From an uncultured delta proteobacterium (lineage in GTDB: Bacteria; Myxococcota_A; UBA9160; SZUA-336): 64,000 nt of DNA. Positions 33,085-42,760 of this stretch are shown here, piece by piece (the first letter of the stretch is position 1; each line of letters starts with the position of its first letter). Made by a program: the position numbers and the translations under genes. The notes below the pieces were generated by a model. It made no database searches. It had not been told where the DNA came from and saw only the letters and a list, made by a program, of their open reading frames with translations. The stretch is from NCBI GenBank assembly GCA_963704165.1, contig CAVPHD010000004.1, positions 192,001 to 256,000 on the forward strand, written 5' to 3'.

Positions 33085-34224
33085 TCACTTCGACTCGATC
33101 ACCCCCGGTGCCTTGATCTGCTCCAAGAGATCGTTGTCCCACTCGCCCTCGACCACGACGTGCGCCGCGGCTCCCTTCAGGACCGCGTCGATCAGGTTGT
33201 GGTTCAGGTACACGTACAGACCCGGCTGCTCGAACGTGTAGAGAGCCGCTCCAGCGGTTCCGCCCGGAATGAACCAGGTCTCCTGGTTCGTCTGGGGCGG
33301 ATCGTTGAAGGAGCCCGTCGCCCACACGAAATCCCCGTGACCGCCGATCAGGTGCGGTCGAGTGTCTCGATTGGCCTGCGAGTGGAGGAACAGGACGGTC
33401 TCTCCGACGTTGGCCTTGAGTGCATGCTCGCCGGTCAGCGCGCCCACGGCGCCATTGAACACGACATGGCTGGGCTCGTTGGTGAGCATCACTTCGAGCG
33501 TGTCGGGCATGGCGGTCAAGACCGAGTCGAAGTTCTTGTACTTCCCATCGCTACCCTTGGGAATGTAGAGATCCTGCTCGCCGATGTAGTACGCGCGGTC
33601 GTAGTGTAGCGGGTTCCCCTTCGGATCCTTCAGGCCGTCGCGTGGAAGAACCATGATCGCGCCGTTCATTCCCGTCACGACGTGGTAGGGGATCATCGCG
33701 CCGCCGGGCGCACAGTGGTAGACGAAGACGCCGGGCTTGGTCGCCTTGAAGCGAATCGTCGCTTCCTGGCCGGGAGCGATCAGCGAGAGACCCGCGCCCC
33801 CGAGCGCGCCCGTGGCGGCGTGGAAGTCGATGTTGTGACTCATCACGTTGCCAGGGAAACCATCCCAGTGCTCCGGATTTGCGACGCCGGGCGCTTTTCG
33901 GGGTCTGTTGACCAGTGTGAGCTCCACGTAGTCGTTCTGGTGCACGACGATCATCGGCCCCGGAACGGTTCCCTGAAAGGTCATCGCATTGATCGTCGTT
34001 CCGTCCGGATCGATGACGAGCCTGCGTTCCTCGACCTCGAGTCGGACCTCGACGATCCTCGGGCCACCGTCGGCCTTCTGCGAGTGCTTCGGGAGCAACG
34101 GCGGTGCCACGAGGACCTGCTTCACGCGCGGAAGCCCCTTGGCCTTCGAAGGCTTGTCCGCCAGCACCGTGGCTGCGGGGAAGCAGATGGCAACGGCCAG
34201 GAACGCGCAGGCGACTCGTTTCAT
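33085..34224 (-). CDS. nirK: Copper-containing nitrite reductase
   Basis: [35 protein letters not shown]. Confidence 0.96.
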   Translation of the reverse strand: MKRVACAFLAVAICFPAATVLADKPSKAKGLPRVKQVLVAPPLLPKHSQKADGGPRIVEVRLEVEERRLVIDPDGTTINAMTFQGTVPGPMIVVHQNDYVELTLVNRPRKAPGVANPEHWDGFPGNVMSHNIDFHAATGALGGAGLSLIAPGQEATIRFKATKPGVFVYHCAPGGAMIPYHVVTGMNGAIMVLPRDGLKDPKGNPLHYDRAYYIGEQDLYIPKGSDGKYKNFDSVLTAMPDTLEVMLTNEPSHVVFNGAVGALTGEHALKANVGETVLFLHSQANRDTRPHLIGGHGDFVWATGSFNDPPQTNQETWFIPGGTAGAALYTFEQPGLYVYLNHNLIDAVLKGAAAHVVVEGEWDNDLLEQIKAPGVIESK

Positions 34225-34976
34225 TTCCTGTTCTCCTCGGTGTCTCGATCATGGTGTGGAAGTGGAGGGTTGGCGGGGTGTTCGACCGCCTTGGAATCAC
34301 ATCCGGAAGTCACATCGCACGGCGCGCCGTCCGTCGCCTGCGCGAGCAGCGAGCGCACGGCACGCTCCATCTCTGGAAGCGGTGACCCCGAGAAGAAGAG
34401 CCCACGTGTGCGGCCATCGCCGTCGAGCAGGTAGATCTGCTGCGCGTGGGTGTAGAGGTACGACTTCTCGGTGAACGACTTCGAGCGGTGGTACTCCGTG
34501 CTCACCTCTACGTCGTGCGTGCGATGGTGTTCCGCCATGTAGAGGGCCGCGATCCGGTTGATCTGCTCGGGAGTTCCGGTGAGACCCACGAAGCGGGAGT
34601 CGAACTGCGCGAGATACGTCGCGAGTGTCTCCGCGGTGTCGGTCTCGGGGTCGACGGTGACGAAGAGAACTTGCACGCCTTCCGCCGCCGTCCCGAGGCG
34701 ACCGACCAGCGCATCGAGGTGAGCGAGCGTGACCGGGCAGACATCCTGGCAGCTCGTGTACCCGAAGAAGAGCAGCACGACCTTGCCGCGGTAGTCGGTC
34801 GTACGCACCTCGTGACCGAGACTGCTCGGCGCAGCGAAATCGCCCCCGATGCCGTCGAGGATCGGCAGTGCTTCGTCGGAATTCGCGCGTACCGCAGAGG
34901 CAGCGCCGAGGCTCAGCGTCAGGAGCGCGCCGGCGAGAAGCAGATAGGCGCGCACTCGGCAACGCGGCTCAATCAC
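34221..34976 (-). CDS. SCO-family copper chaperone
   Basis: [20 protein letters not shown]; overlaps the nirK start. Confidence 0.88.
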   Translation of the reverse strand: MIEPRCRVRAYLLLAGALLTLSLGAASAVRANSDEALPILDGIGGDFAAPSSLGHEVRTTDYRGKVVLLFFGYTSCQDVCPVTLAHLDALVGRLGTAAEGVQVLFVTVDPETDTAETLATYLAQFDSRFVGLTGTPEQINRIAALYMAEHHRTHDVEVSTEYHRSKSFTEKSYLYTHAQQIYLLDGDGRTRGLFFSGSPLPEMERAVRSLLAQATDGAPCDVTSGCDSKAVEHPANPPLPHHDRDTEENRK

Positions 34977-35508
34977 AGACGATCCGCGGCCCGGTCCCGG
35001 GGAACGGAAGGGCGAGACGCTGATCGATCTGCACCACGCTGGGCACACCGTCGGCGCTGAAGCGCAACCGCCAAGTCTGGTCGAAGCGAGCAACGTGGAT
35101 GGATCGGTCCGCGAAATGCGCTCTCCGCTCGACTTCGAATCGGGCACGGTACAGGCCGCCGGGCTCGAGCGTGATCCGTATCGAGTCGATGGCGTATTCG
35201 ACTCGCGCGCTCGACGGCCGAAGCTCTTCGAGCCAGATCGCGACATCGTCCGTGCGCCGCCCGGCCGTGTCGGCGACGGAGATCTCGAGCGACGACCCGA
35301 GTTCAAGTGCCGCCAGCGACCGTTGCTGCGCCGGGGCGGCCGCGAGCTCATGGAACCAGTCGCGGATTCGGGACTCGATCGCGTCAGCGGGCGCCTGAAC
35401 GACCTCGGGGCTCAGGCTCGAGTCCGGTTCGCCCTTGGTCGCTGGGACCGCGGCGATCAAAACCACAAGGGTCGTGAGAAGCGATGAGGTGCTCGAGGAT
35501 CCGCTCAT
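34969..35508 (-). CDS. Exported hypothetical protein (possibly NTF2-like)
   Basis: Signal-like N-terminus; overlaps the SCO gene start. Confidence 0.55.
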   Translation of the reverse strand: MSGSSSTSSLLTTLVVLIAAVPATKGEPDSSLSPEVVQAPADAIESRIRDWFHELAAAPAQQRSLAALELGSSLEISVADTAGRRTDDVAIWLEELRPSSARVEYAIDSIRITLEPGGLYRARFEVERRAHFADRSIHVARFDQTWRLRFSADGVPSVVQIDQRLALPFPGTGPRIVCD

Positions 35509-35702
35509 TTAGGGCTCATTCGAGGCGTGTCACGGGCCTCGTCGTCAAACCGTGTAGAAGAGAACGTGAGCAGCAATCGGCCTGGTCGGGAATGCCCCTA
35601 GCCTGCCATGCGGATTCGGTTGCAGATCCAGCGCGCGAACTCGTTCGCGGATATCGCCCCCTCGCTCGCTCAAACAGCCTCGCACCCGAACCGCTCGCCG
35701 GA

Positions 35703-35718
35703 TATGACCGCGGTCATA
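35703..35718 (-). promoter_or_regulatory. Crp/Fnr-type box upstream of the hyp-sco-nirK operon
   Basis: Perfect palindrome TATGACCGCGGTCATA; minus-strand TGcGAGGCT -10 at the same 37-nt offset as other copies. Confidence 0.65.
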
Positions 35719-37066
35719 GGGGCGGTCCGCCGCGCCGCACCGCATTCGCGAGGCCGGCGAGGAGCGCGAGCCCGGTCGTCATGAGAAGTACACCCGCGGC
35801 GCGAGCGAGCGAGTCGGAGCGCAGCGCGATCGCCAGTCCGCCGACGACCAGCGTCGTCGAGTGCAGCGCGAAGCAGGTCTGCGTCCACGAATCGGGAAGG
35901 AGCGCGCGGGCCGAGGGCACGCCGGGCTCACCGGCGCGCGGTGCAAATCGGTGCAGCCATACCAGGAACGGAACGATCCGCCCGAGCATTCCGTGGACGA
36001 TCATCCCGGCCCAGCCGAAGAGCGCGAGCCAGCCGAGCAATACGCCCCAACGCGGATCGGCGGCGAAGTAGGCGACCACCGCGACGATCCCGCAGAAGGG
36101 CGCGACGAGAAGCGCGGTGTTCCAGAAGAGCAGGTTCGGATCCGAGCGGCGTCGCCGTCGCACGCGAAGGCTCCGGAGGATCACGAACGGATGAATCCCC
36201 CAAACCGCGACGACCGCGGGGAGCGCCGCGGCTGCGGCCAGGCGCGAGGCGTGGACGTCGCTGTCGCCGATCGCGCCCGTGTAGAAGAGCACGAGCACGA
36301 CGACCGGAAGCAGCGCGCCGGCAGTCGCGAGTCCCGCCACCCAGCGCCTCGAGGTCGGGTGAACCTGCGGCGAGAGAGTGAAGAGCGGGAGCACCTGCCA
36401 CGAGACCGCGACGATCAGGCCTCCGACCCAGCCGAGCAGTCCCACGCACAGGTGCACCTGGATGAACAGCCCGCGTGGCCCGGGAAAGCGCATGCCGCTG
36501 TGGCCGTGCGCCATCCAGAGACCGAGCAGCGCCGTCAAGAAGAAGGCGAGCAGGGCGGCCATCATCCCGACCACGGTCTCGTTTCGCACGGGAGCGCGGA
36601 AGAGCGCGCGCCCGATCGGAATCACGAAGAGCAGCACGGCGGGGGTGATCAGCGCGATGGCCCAGAAGACCAGGCGCGGAAATCCTCCCACGATGCCGAC
36701 GATCAGGCCCGCGACCCCGATCACGAAGAGCGCGTGAACGGTGTGCCCGACACGGATACGGCCGACCGGGTTGCCCGCGATGACCGCCGTCATCTGGTAG
36801 AGCGCGCCCATCATCACGAGCGTCAAGAATCCGAGTGTTCCGAGGTGCGCGATCGCGAGCGTGATCGACGCGAATCCCGTTGCGATCGAGTACTCCCCGT
36901 AGGTGGCGAGCAGCGCCCCGGCCGCGAGGAAGGCGAGCGGTGCCGTCAGGAAGAACGAGAGCGGAACCCAGAGTGGTGGCGCGCTGGAGAGTTGGAGCCC
37001 GTCGGTCTTCAACGCGATGGACTCAATCGTCGGCCGGACGCTCGACGTAGACGAGTCCGCTCCCAT
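35714..37066 (-). CDS. Polytopic membrane protein with intramembrane His residues (DUF2249-associated type)
   Basis: About 12 TM segments; AHLGTLGF..MMGALYQM, VHLC.GLLGW, GMLGRIVPFLVW. Confidence 0.7.
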   Translation of the reverse strand: MGADSSTSSVRPTIESIALKTDGLQLSSAPPLWVPLSFFLTAPLAFLAAGALLATYGEYSIATGFASITLAIAHLGTLGFLTLVMMGALYQMTAVIAGNPVGRIRVGHTVHALFVIGVAGLIVGIVGGFPRLVFWAIALITPAVLLFVIPIGRALFRAPVRNETVVGMMAALLAFFLTALLGLWMAHGHSGMRFPGPRGLFIQVHLCVGLLGWVGGLIVAVSWQVLPLFTLSPQVHPTSRRWVAGLATAGALLPVVVLVLFYTGAIGDSDVHASRLAAAAALPAVVAVWGIHPFVILRSLRVRRRRRSDPNLLFWNTALLVAPFCGIVAVVAYFAADPRWGVLLGWLALFGWAGMIVHGMLGRIVPFLVWLHRFAPRAGEPGVPSARALLPDSWTQTCFALHSTTLVVGGLAIALRSDSLARAAGVLLMTTGLALLAGLANAVRRGGPPL

Positions 37067-37436
37067 CGGACTCTTCGACAGCCGCCCAGAGCAGCCGCTT
37101 CTGCTCGAGGATGGGCAGGAGCATCCGCGGGAGTCGCGGTGTCCGCGCGGCGATCGCAGCTCCGGGGGCGAGACTCGCGCAGGCTCCGAGGATTCTCTCC
37201 ATCGGTTCGGGTGCAGGCAGGTCGCGCAGGTCGAGAACCGCGTCCGGGGGAAGGCGACTCACTCGCGCGAAGAACTCCGCGGCGTCGACGGAGTTCCGAA
37301 AGCCCGGGGCTGCGACGAATGACGGATGTGCGCCCGTCTCCGATCCGCTTCCCTCCGTCGGACGGGAAGGCTTGCGCTCCGATCTGTCGTTGCTCACGTC
37401 GCGCGATACCCTACCCGCAATCACGGAGGTTCGCAT
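37023..37436 (-). CDS. DUF2249 (TusA-like) protein; true start probably downstream of 37436
   Basis: LDLRDLPAPEPMERIL...P..LLPIL. Confidence 0.65.
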   Translation of the reverse strand: MRTSVIAGRVSRDVSNDRSERKPSRPTEGSGSETGAHPSFVAAPGFRNSVDAAEFFARVSRLPPDAVLDLRDLPAPEPMERILGACASLAPGAAIAARTPRLPRMLLPILEQKRLLWAAVEESDGSGLVYVERPADD

Positions 37437-37884
37437 GACGGACGCGGCTCAGGGACTCGTAGAGCACTTCACGAACGACCATCGAACCTGTGACGAACTC
37501 TGGGGCGATGTCGAGGCCGCGGGCGAGGCAGGCGATCGCGCGCGGACCGAGGCCGCGTGGAAGCGCTTCGACCTCGCCATGCGCACCCACCTCGGCCACG
37601 AGGAGGAAACCCTCTTTCCCGCGTTTGAAGCCGCGACGGGAATGACGAACGCCGGGCCGACCTTCGTGATGCGCTCCGAGCACGTGCAGATGCGCGCGCT
37701 GCTCGACCGGATGCAGGCCGCGGTCGATCGGGGCGATCTCCGCGAGCTGCTCGATCAGGGGGATTCACTCCTGATCCTGATCGGGCAGCACAACTCGAAA
37801 GAGGAAGGGATGCTCTACCCGTTGGCGGAGCGCGCCCTCGCCGCGAAGTGGCCGGAGATCCGCGCGCGCGTCCAGGCGCGCTAG
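37435..37884 (+). CDS. Hemerythrin HHE-domain protein
   Basis: DHRTCD, HLGHEEETLFP, GPTFVMRSEH, HNSKEEGMLYP. Confidence 0.88.
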   Translation: MTDAAQGLVEHFTNDHRTCDELWGDVEAAGEAGDRARTEAAWKRFDLAMRTHLGHEEETLFPAFEAATGMTNAGPTFVMRSEHVQMRALLDRMQAAVDRGDLRELLDQGDSLLILIGQHNSKEEGMLYPLAERALAAKWPEIRARVQAR

Positions 37885-37890
37885 CCGGGA

Positions 37891-39156
37891 TCAGCGGCCG
37901 CCGGCCAGCAGCGCCGCGACGGTGGCGTGGGGCTCGAGCGTAGCTTCGCGGCGACGCACGGCGGCAAACGCCTCGTCGCTGACGGCCAGCGTCTTGTCGA
38001 CGTCTCCCTCCCCGAGGGCCGCGCACACGAACATGTTGTGCCACGGGTGCAGATAGACACCGCGCTTCACCGCTTCCCCGGTCCAAGCAAAGCCGCGCCG
38101 GAAGTCCGGGTCGTCCTCGAACCGGACGAGCGGCATCTGCGCGGGCCCGGTCTGGCGCAGCCGATAGCCATGCGCGGCGGCCAGCTCCGCCAGTCCCTGG
38201 CGCAGTCTCGTTCCGAGGCTGCGCGTGCGTTCCAGATAGTCGGACTCGCGAACCCGTCGAAGGGTCGCCAGGGCGGCGGCCATCGGCGCGGCCTGGAACC
38301 AGAACGAGCCCGTGACGTACAGCCGGCTCGCAGCCGCGCGCACGTTCTCGGAACCGAGAAGGGCCGAGATCGCGTGCCCGTTCGCCAGGCATTTTCCCCA
38401 GGCGGAAAGGTCCGGAGCAACACCGAGGTGTGTCCAAGAGCCATCGCGAGACAGGCGAAATCCGCCGCGCACCTCGTCCAGGATCAGGAGCGCGGAGCTC
38501 CGGTCGCAGTGTTCGCGGACCGCGCGCGCGAATTCCGGCGTGGGAAGCTCCTGGTCGACGAAGGCATCGTGCTTGAATGCCGAGACGAACACACCCGCGA
38601 GATCGGTGCCGGCCTCGCGGACGGCGCGCTCGAGGCTGTCGAGATCGTTGTAGACGAACGAGATCAGGTGAGCGCGGTCCTCCGCCACGACGCCCGCCGG
38701 CACCGGCGTGCTCCAAGGCTGCGCGCCGTGGTACGCGCCCTTCGCGATCAGGATCTTGCGGCGGCCCGTGTGCGCGCGCGCTGCCATCATCGCGAGCGTC
38801 GTCGCGTCACTGCCGTTCTTGCAGAACATCGCCCAGTCCGCGTGTGCGACCATCGCGACCAGCTCTTCCGCGAGGTCGACCATCAGCTCCGTCGGTCCGG
38901 TCAGCGCGTCGCCGCGCGCGAGCTGCTCGATCGCGGCGCGGTCGATCTCGGCGTCCGCGTAACCGAACAGGTTCGGTCCGTAGGCGCACATGTAGTCGAT
39001 GTATTCGTTGCCGTCCGCGTCCCAGAGCCGCGAGCCAGCGGCGCGCGAGAAGAACTGCGGATACCCCGCGGGCAGAAGCGCCGTCGATTCGTGCCCGTAC
39101 ATCCCCCCGGGGATCACGCGCGCCGCGCGTTCCCGCAGCTCTGCATCCCGGCTCAT
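37891..39156 (-). CDS. Class III PLP aminotransferase (GSA aminomutase-like)
   Basis: WDADGNEYID, NGSDAT, YHG, LILDEVRGGFR, WGKCLANG. Confidence 0.85.
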   Translation of the reverse strand: MSRDAELRERAARVIPGGMYGHESTALLPAGYPQFFSRAAGSRLWDADGNEYIDYMCAYGPNLFGYADAEIDRAAIEQLARGDALTGPTELMVDLAEELVAMVAHADWAMFCKNGSDATTLAMMAARAHTGRRKILIAKGAYHGAQPWSTPVPAGVVAEDRAHLISFVYNDLDSLERAVREAGTDLAGVFVSAFKHDAFVDQELPTPEFARAVREHCDRSSALLILDEVRGGFRLSRDGSWTHLGVAPDLSAWGKCLANGHAISALLGSENVRAAASRLYVTGSFWFQAAPMAAALATLRRVRESDYLERTRSLGTRLRQGLAELAAAHGYRLRQTGPAQMPLVRFEDDPDFRRGFAWTGEAVKRGVYLHPWHNMFVCAALGEGDVDKTLAVSDEAFAAVRRREATLEPHATVAALLAGGR

Positions 39157-39309
39157 CGATCGCGGCATCGGGTCATGGCCTCCGCGGCTGTTGCGTCTCC
39201 ACTATACCGTGACGGAGTTGACGTCGGGTCGCGAACCGGTCTAGCATGCGCTTGAAAACGAAATCGCGTTTCTGTTTTTCTCGTCTCTGACGTATTTCGG
39301 GAGGAAGCG

Positions 39310-40491
39310 ATGAGCGGAACGACGAGGTTGGAGTTGGTCGAGCGGGCGCGGAAGCTGGCGCCGGCGCTGGCGGCGCGGGCCGAGGAGTGCGAGCGACTGC
39401 GGCGGCTCCCGGACGCGACGATCGAGGATTTCCGCCGCGAGGGCCTGCTTCGCGCCTTCGTCGCGCCGACGTACGGCGGTTACGGGCTCGAACTCGCGAC
39501 GGTGATCGAGACCTCGCGCGAGATCGGACGGGCGTGCGGCAACAGCGCATGGTGTCTGGCGATCTGCACGCTCCACAATCACATCGTGTCGGCCTTTCCG
39601 GACGCGGTGCAGGCTCAGGTGTTCGCGCGGGGTCCCGATCCGGTCGTCTGCGGCGTGTTCGTGCCGGGCGGGACGGCCGTCGCGACGGACGGCGGCTACC
39701 GCCTCTCGGGACGCTGGGACTTCGCCAGCACCTGCGACCACGCGGACTTCGCGGTGCTCGCCGCCTTCGTGGTCCCGGCGCCGGGCGCCGAGCCGACGGG
39801 CATGGCGAGCTTCCTGATCGAGCGCGCGCAGTTCTCGATCGAGGACAATTGGCACGTGTCGGGCTTGTCGGGCACCGGGAGCAAGCGCGTCATCGTCGAC
39901 GACGTGACGGTCGCGGCCGAGCGCGCGCTGCCCACGTCGCTCGACGCCGCGATCACCGGCGATCGCGAAATCACGGCGCGCGGCCGGCAGTCGGCCGGGC
40001 TTCCCGGAAGCTCGGTCGCGACCCTCGGGCTCGCCGGAGTGGCGCTCGGTATCGCGTACGGTGCGATCGACCGCTTTCGCGAGCGACTGTCGAGCAAGCT
40101 GCGAATCGCGTCGCCGAAGTCCGTCGAGCAGAACGTCGGCGCGCAGCTTCGCTTGGCCGAAGCGGCGACCGAGGTCGACGCCGCGGAGCTGCTCGTGCTT
40201 CGGGACTGCGAGGAAATGACCGCCGACGCGCAGGCCGGGCGACCCGCGACCCTGCTTCAGCGCGCTCGCTACCGGCGCGACGCTGCGTGGGCGGTGCAGA
40301 CCTGCGCGCGTGCGGTGCAGCGGCTGCAGCCGGCCGCCGGCGCGCACGGAATCTTCCTGGATCAGCCGATCCAGCGCGCGACGCGCGACATCCAGGCCTT
40401 CGCCGCGCACGTCGTGTCCGACTGGGACGCGAGCGGTGAGTCCTACGCGCGCGCGCTGCTCGGCCTGCCGAAGAACGATCCCCTGGTCTGA
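39310..40491 (+). CDS. HsaA-like flavin-dependent monooxygenase oxygenase component
   Basis: E..RRLP, CGNSAW, LSGRWDFAS, WHVSGLSGTGS, QRATRD. Confidence 0.85.
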   Translation: MSGTTRLELVERARKLAPALAARAEECERLRRLPDATIEDFRREGLLRAFVAPTYGGYGLELATVIETSREIGRACGNSAWCLAICTLHNHIVSAFPDAVQAQVFARGPDPVVCGVFVPGGTAVATDGGYRLSGRWDFASTCDHADFAVLAAFVVPAPGAEPTGMASFLIERAQFSIEDNWHVSGLSGTGSKRVIVDDVTVAAERALPTSLDAAITGDREITARGRQSAGLPGSSVATLGLAGVALGIAYGAIDRFRERLSSKLRIASPKSVEQNVGAQLRLAEAATEVDAAELLVLRDCEEMTADAQAGRPATLLQRARYRRDAAWAVQTCARAVQRLQPAAGAHGIFLDQPIQRATRDIQAFAAHVVSDWDASGESYARALLGLPKNDPLV

Positions 40492-40509
40492 AACGAGGAG
40501 GGCATCCCG

Positions 40510-41025
40510 ATGGCATCGCCGAAGAAGCTCGCGCACATCGCGCTGGCGACGAACGACGTGACCCGAATGCGAGACTGGTACTGCCGCGTGCTCGAGGCGC
40601 GCGTGGTCTTCGAGAACGAAATGCTCTGCTTCACGACCTACGACGACGAACACCACCGGGTGGTCTTCGCCAAGCCGCCGGGATTCGAGGCGAAGCCCGG
40701 CACGGCGCAGAACCTGCACCACTTCTCGTTCACGTACGCGACGCTGGGCGAGCTGCTCGCGACGTACGAGCGACTGCGAGACGACGACATCCGACCCTGG
40801 TGGACGATCCACCACGGCCCGACGCTGTCGATGTACTACCGCGACCCCGACGGGAACAACGTCGAGCTGCAGATCGACACCATGACGATGGATCAGGCCG
40901 GCGAGTTCCTCCGCAGCGGCGCGTTCGCGAAGAACCCGATCGGAATTCCGTTCGACCCCGAGGAGCTCGTCTCGCGTCATCGAGCGGGTGCGAGCGAGAC
41001 GGAGCTCTTGCGGTATGGCAGCTGA
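40510..41025 (+). CDS. VOC/glyoxalase-family protein (extradiol dioxygenase-like)
   Basis: LAHIAL, DDEHHR, HHGPTLSMYYRDPDGNNVE. Confidence 0.85.
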   Translation: MASPKKLAHIALATNDVTRMRDWYCRVLEARVVFENEMLCFTTYDDEHHRVVFAKPPGFEAKPGTAQNLHHFSFTYATLGELLATYERLRDDDIRPWWTIHHGPTLSMYYRDPDGNNVELQIDTMTMDQAGEFLRSGAFAKNPIGIPFDPEELVSRHRAGASETELLRYGS

Positions 41026-41668
41026 CTCCGCCCTCGGCGCTTCGGCCGACCGGCTCGAATCCGTCGTCGAGACCGCGGAACGGCTTTTCGCGTCGCGTGG
41101 CTTCGAGAAGACCGGAATGCGCGAGCTGGCGGCCGAGACGGGGATCTCGACCGCGACGATCTACGCGCGATTCCGAAGCAAGCGGCGGCTGCTCGCGGAG
41201 ATCGTCGAACGTCGCCTCGACGAGGCGCTGCAGATCGCGGACGGATTTCCGGTCGCGACCGACGACTCGTCCGGACCGACACACCCGCTCGACGTGTATC
41301 TCGACACGATCCGCAGACTCAATCGTCACTTCTCCGGCGACCCGTTGCTGCGCCGGATCTTCGCGTTCGAGAGCCACGTGCGCGACCGCCGCGTCCTGCA
41401 GCACGCTCGGCGGGTCGATCGAGAGCTGACCGCGCGTTCGGCCGCCACGCTCGCGCGCCTGTCGGCCGACGGCTGGATCCGCTGCGAAGACCCGGAGGCC
41501 CTCGCGCACTTGATCAGCCTGAGCGTGCAGGGCTGGCTCGCCTACGAGAGCCGCCACGGCGCACCGCTCAGTGAGGAGCGTCTGACCGCCGCGTTGATCG
41601 AGTCACTTCGCGCGCTGGCGCTTCCCGGGCCGTCGCGATCCCGAACCACCACGAGGAGACCCAGATGA
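41015..41668 (+). CDS. TetR-family regulator
   Basis: GFEKTGMRELAAETGISTATIYARFRSK. Confidence 0.88.
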   Translation: MAADSALGASADRLESVVETAERLFASRGFEKTGMRELAAETGISTATIYARFRSKRRLLAEIVERRLDEALQIADGFPVATDDSSGPTHPLDVYLDTIRRLNRHFSGDPLLRRIFAFESHVRDRRVLQHARRVDRELTARSAATLARLSADGWIRCEDPEALAHLISLSVQGWLAYESRHGAPLSEERLTAALIESLRALALPGPSRSRTTTRRPR

Positions 41669-42213
41669 CGTCCCCGATCCCGAAGCTTCACTTCAGCCAC
41701 CTCGGATTCCAGGTGCGCGACATCGACCGCATGATCGAGTTCTACACCGGTCAGCTCGGCTTCGTGCTCACCGACCGCGGGCACCTCGAGGTGCTGCCGG
41801 GAAAGCCGCAGATCGCCTTCCTCAGCCGTGACCCCGACGAACATCACCAGATCGCGCTGGTCGAAGGACGGCCGCCGACCGGCGAGGGAACGGTGAATCA
41901 GATCTCGTTCCGCGTCGATAGCCTCGCGGACTTGCGCGCGCTGCGCGCGCGCCTCGAGGCCGCGGGCGTGACGCGCTTCCTGCCGTTGAGCCACGGCAAT
42001 GCCTGGTCGGTCTACTTTCCGGACCCCGAGGGCAACGCAATCGAGTGTTTCGTGCCGAGCCCCTTTCACACGCGACAGCCGGTCGCGGACCCGCTCGATC
42101 TCTCGCTCAGCGACGAGGAGATCGTGGCGCAGACCGAAGCGAAGTACCGCAACTCACCCGACTTCCAGCCCCGCGCGAGCTGGCGCGCGGCCTTCGAGAA
42201 GCGGCTGGGCTGA
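41665..42213 (+). CDS. VOC-family protein
   Basis: FSHLG, DEHHQ, HGNAWSVYFPDPEGNAIE. Confidence 0.85.
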   Translation: MTSPIPKLHFSHLGFQVRDIDRMIEFYTGQLGFVLTDRGHLEVLPGKPQIAFLSRDPDEHHQIALVEGRPPTGEGTVNQISFRVDSLADLRALRARLEAAGVTRFLPLSHGNAWSVYFPDPEGNAIECFVPSPFHTRQPVADPLDLSLSDEEIVAQTEAKYRNSPDFQPRASWRAAFEKRLG

Positions 42214-42258
42214 CCTGCGCGCGCGGAGCCGGTAGATTGGCGGAGGGAGGACCGAGCC

Positions 42259-42760
42259 ATGAACCATGACATCGACCGAGCGCGAGGATCGATCAGTCGC
42301 CGCGAGATCCTGCTGGGAACGGCCGGACTCGCGACCGCGGCAGTCGCGATGAGGGTCTCTGCCGCCGAGGAGCACGCAGGCCACGCCGCCGGAGCCGAGC
42401 CGAAGTACTCCGAGGCCCAGGCGTACAAGAGACACGCAGCCGCCGTCGCGGCGGCGGAGAAATGCCTGAGCACCGGCCGCGCATGCCTGAGCCATTGCTT
42501 CGAGACGTTCGTCGCCGGCGACACGACGATGGCGAAGTGCGCGGCGTCCGTCGCGCAGATCGATCCGCGTCTGCGACGCATTTGCCTACCTCGCGGCGAA
42601 CGGCTCGAAGCAGCTCGCCCCGATGGCGCGTGCGTGCATCGCGGTCTGCGAGGACTGCGAGAAGGAGTGCCGCGTGCACGAGGACCACCAGCCCGAGTGC
42701 AAGGCCTGCGCGGATGCCTGTGCGGAGCTCGTCGTCGAGGCGAAGAAGCTGATCGCCTGA
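42259..42760 (+). CDS. Tat-exported Cys-rich copper storage protein (Csp1-like); frameshift near 42560
   Basis: SRREILLG; CLSTGRACLSHC, CIAVCEDCEKECRVHEDHQPECKACADAC. Confidence 0.8.

Noticed and set aside
35592..35608. Sigma54 promoter for the nirK operon
   Set aside because: The GG/GC spacing fits but the -12 element is GGGC; the TATGA box promoter explains the region better.
37891..39156. hemL assignment
   Set aside because: Only generic class III aminotransferase motifs are visible; the position near nir genes is not sufficient.
39255..39278. AT-rich imperfect palindrome upstream of the HsaA-like gene
   Set aside because: It needs a bulge and occurs once; a TetR site is possible but unsupported.
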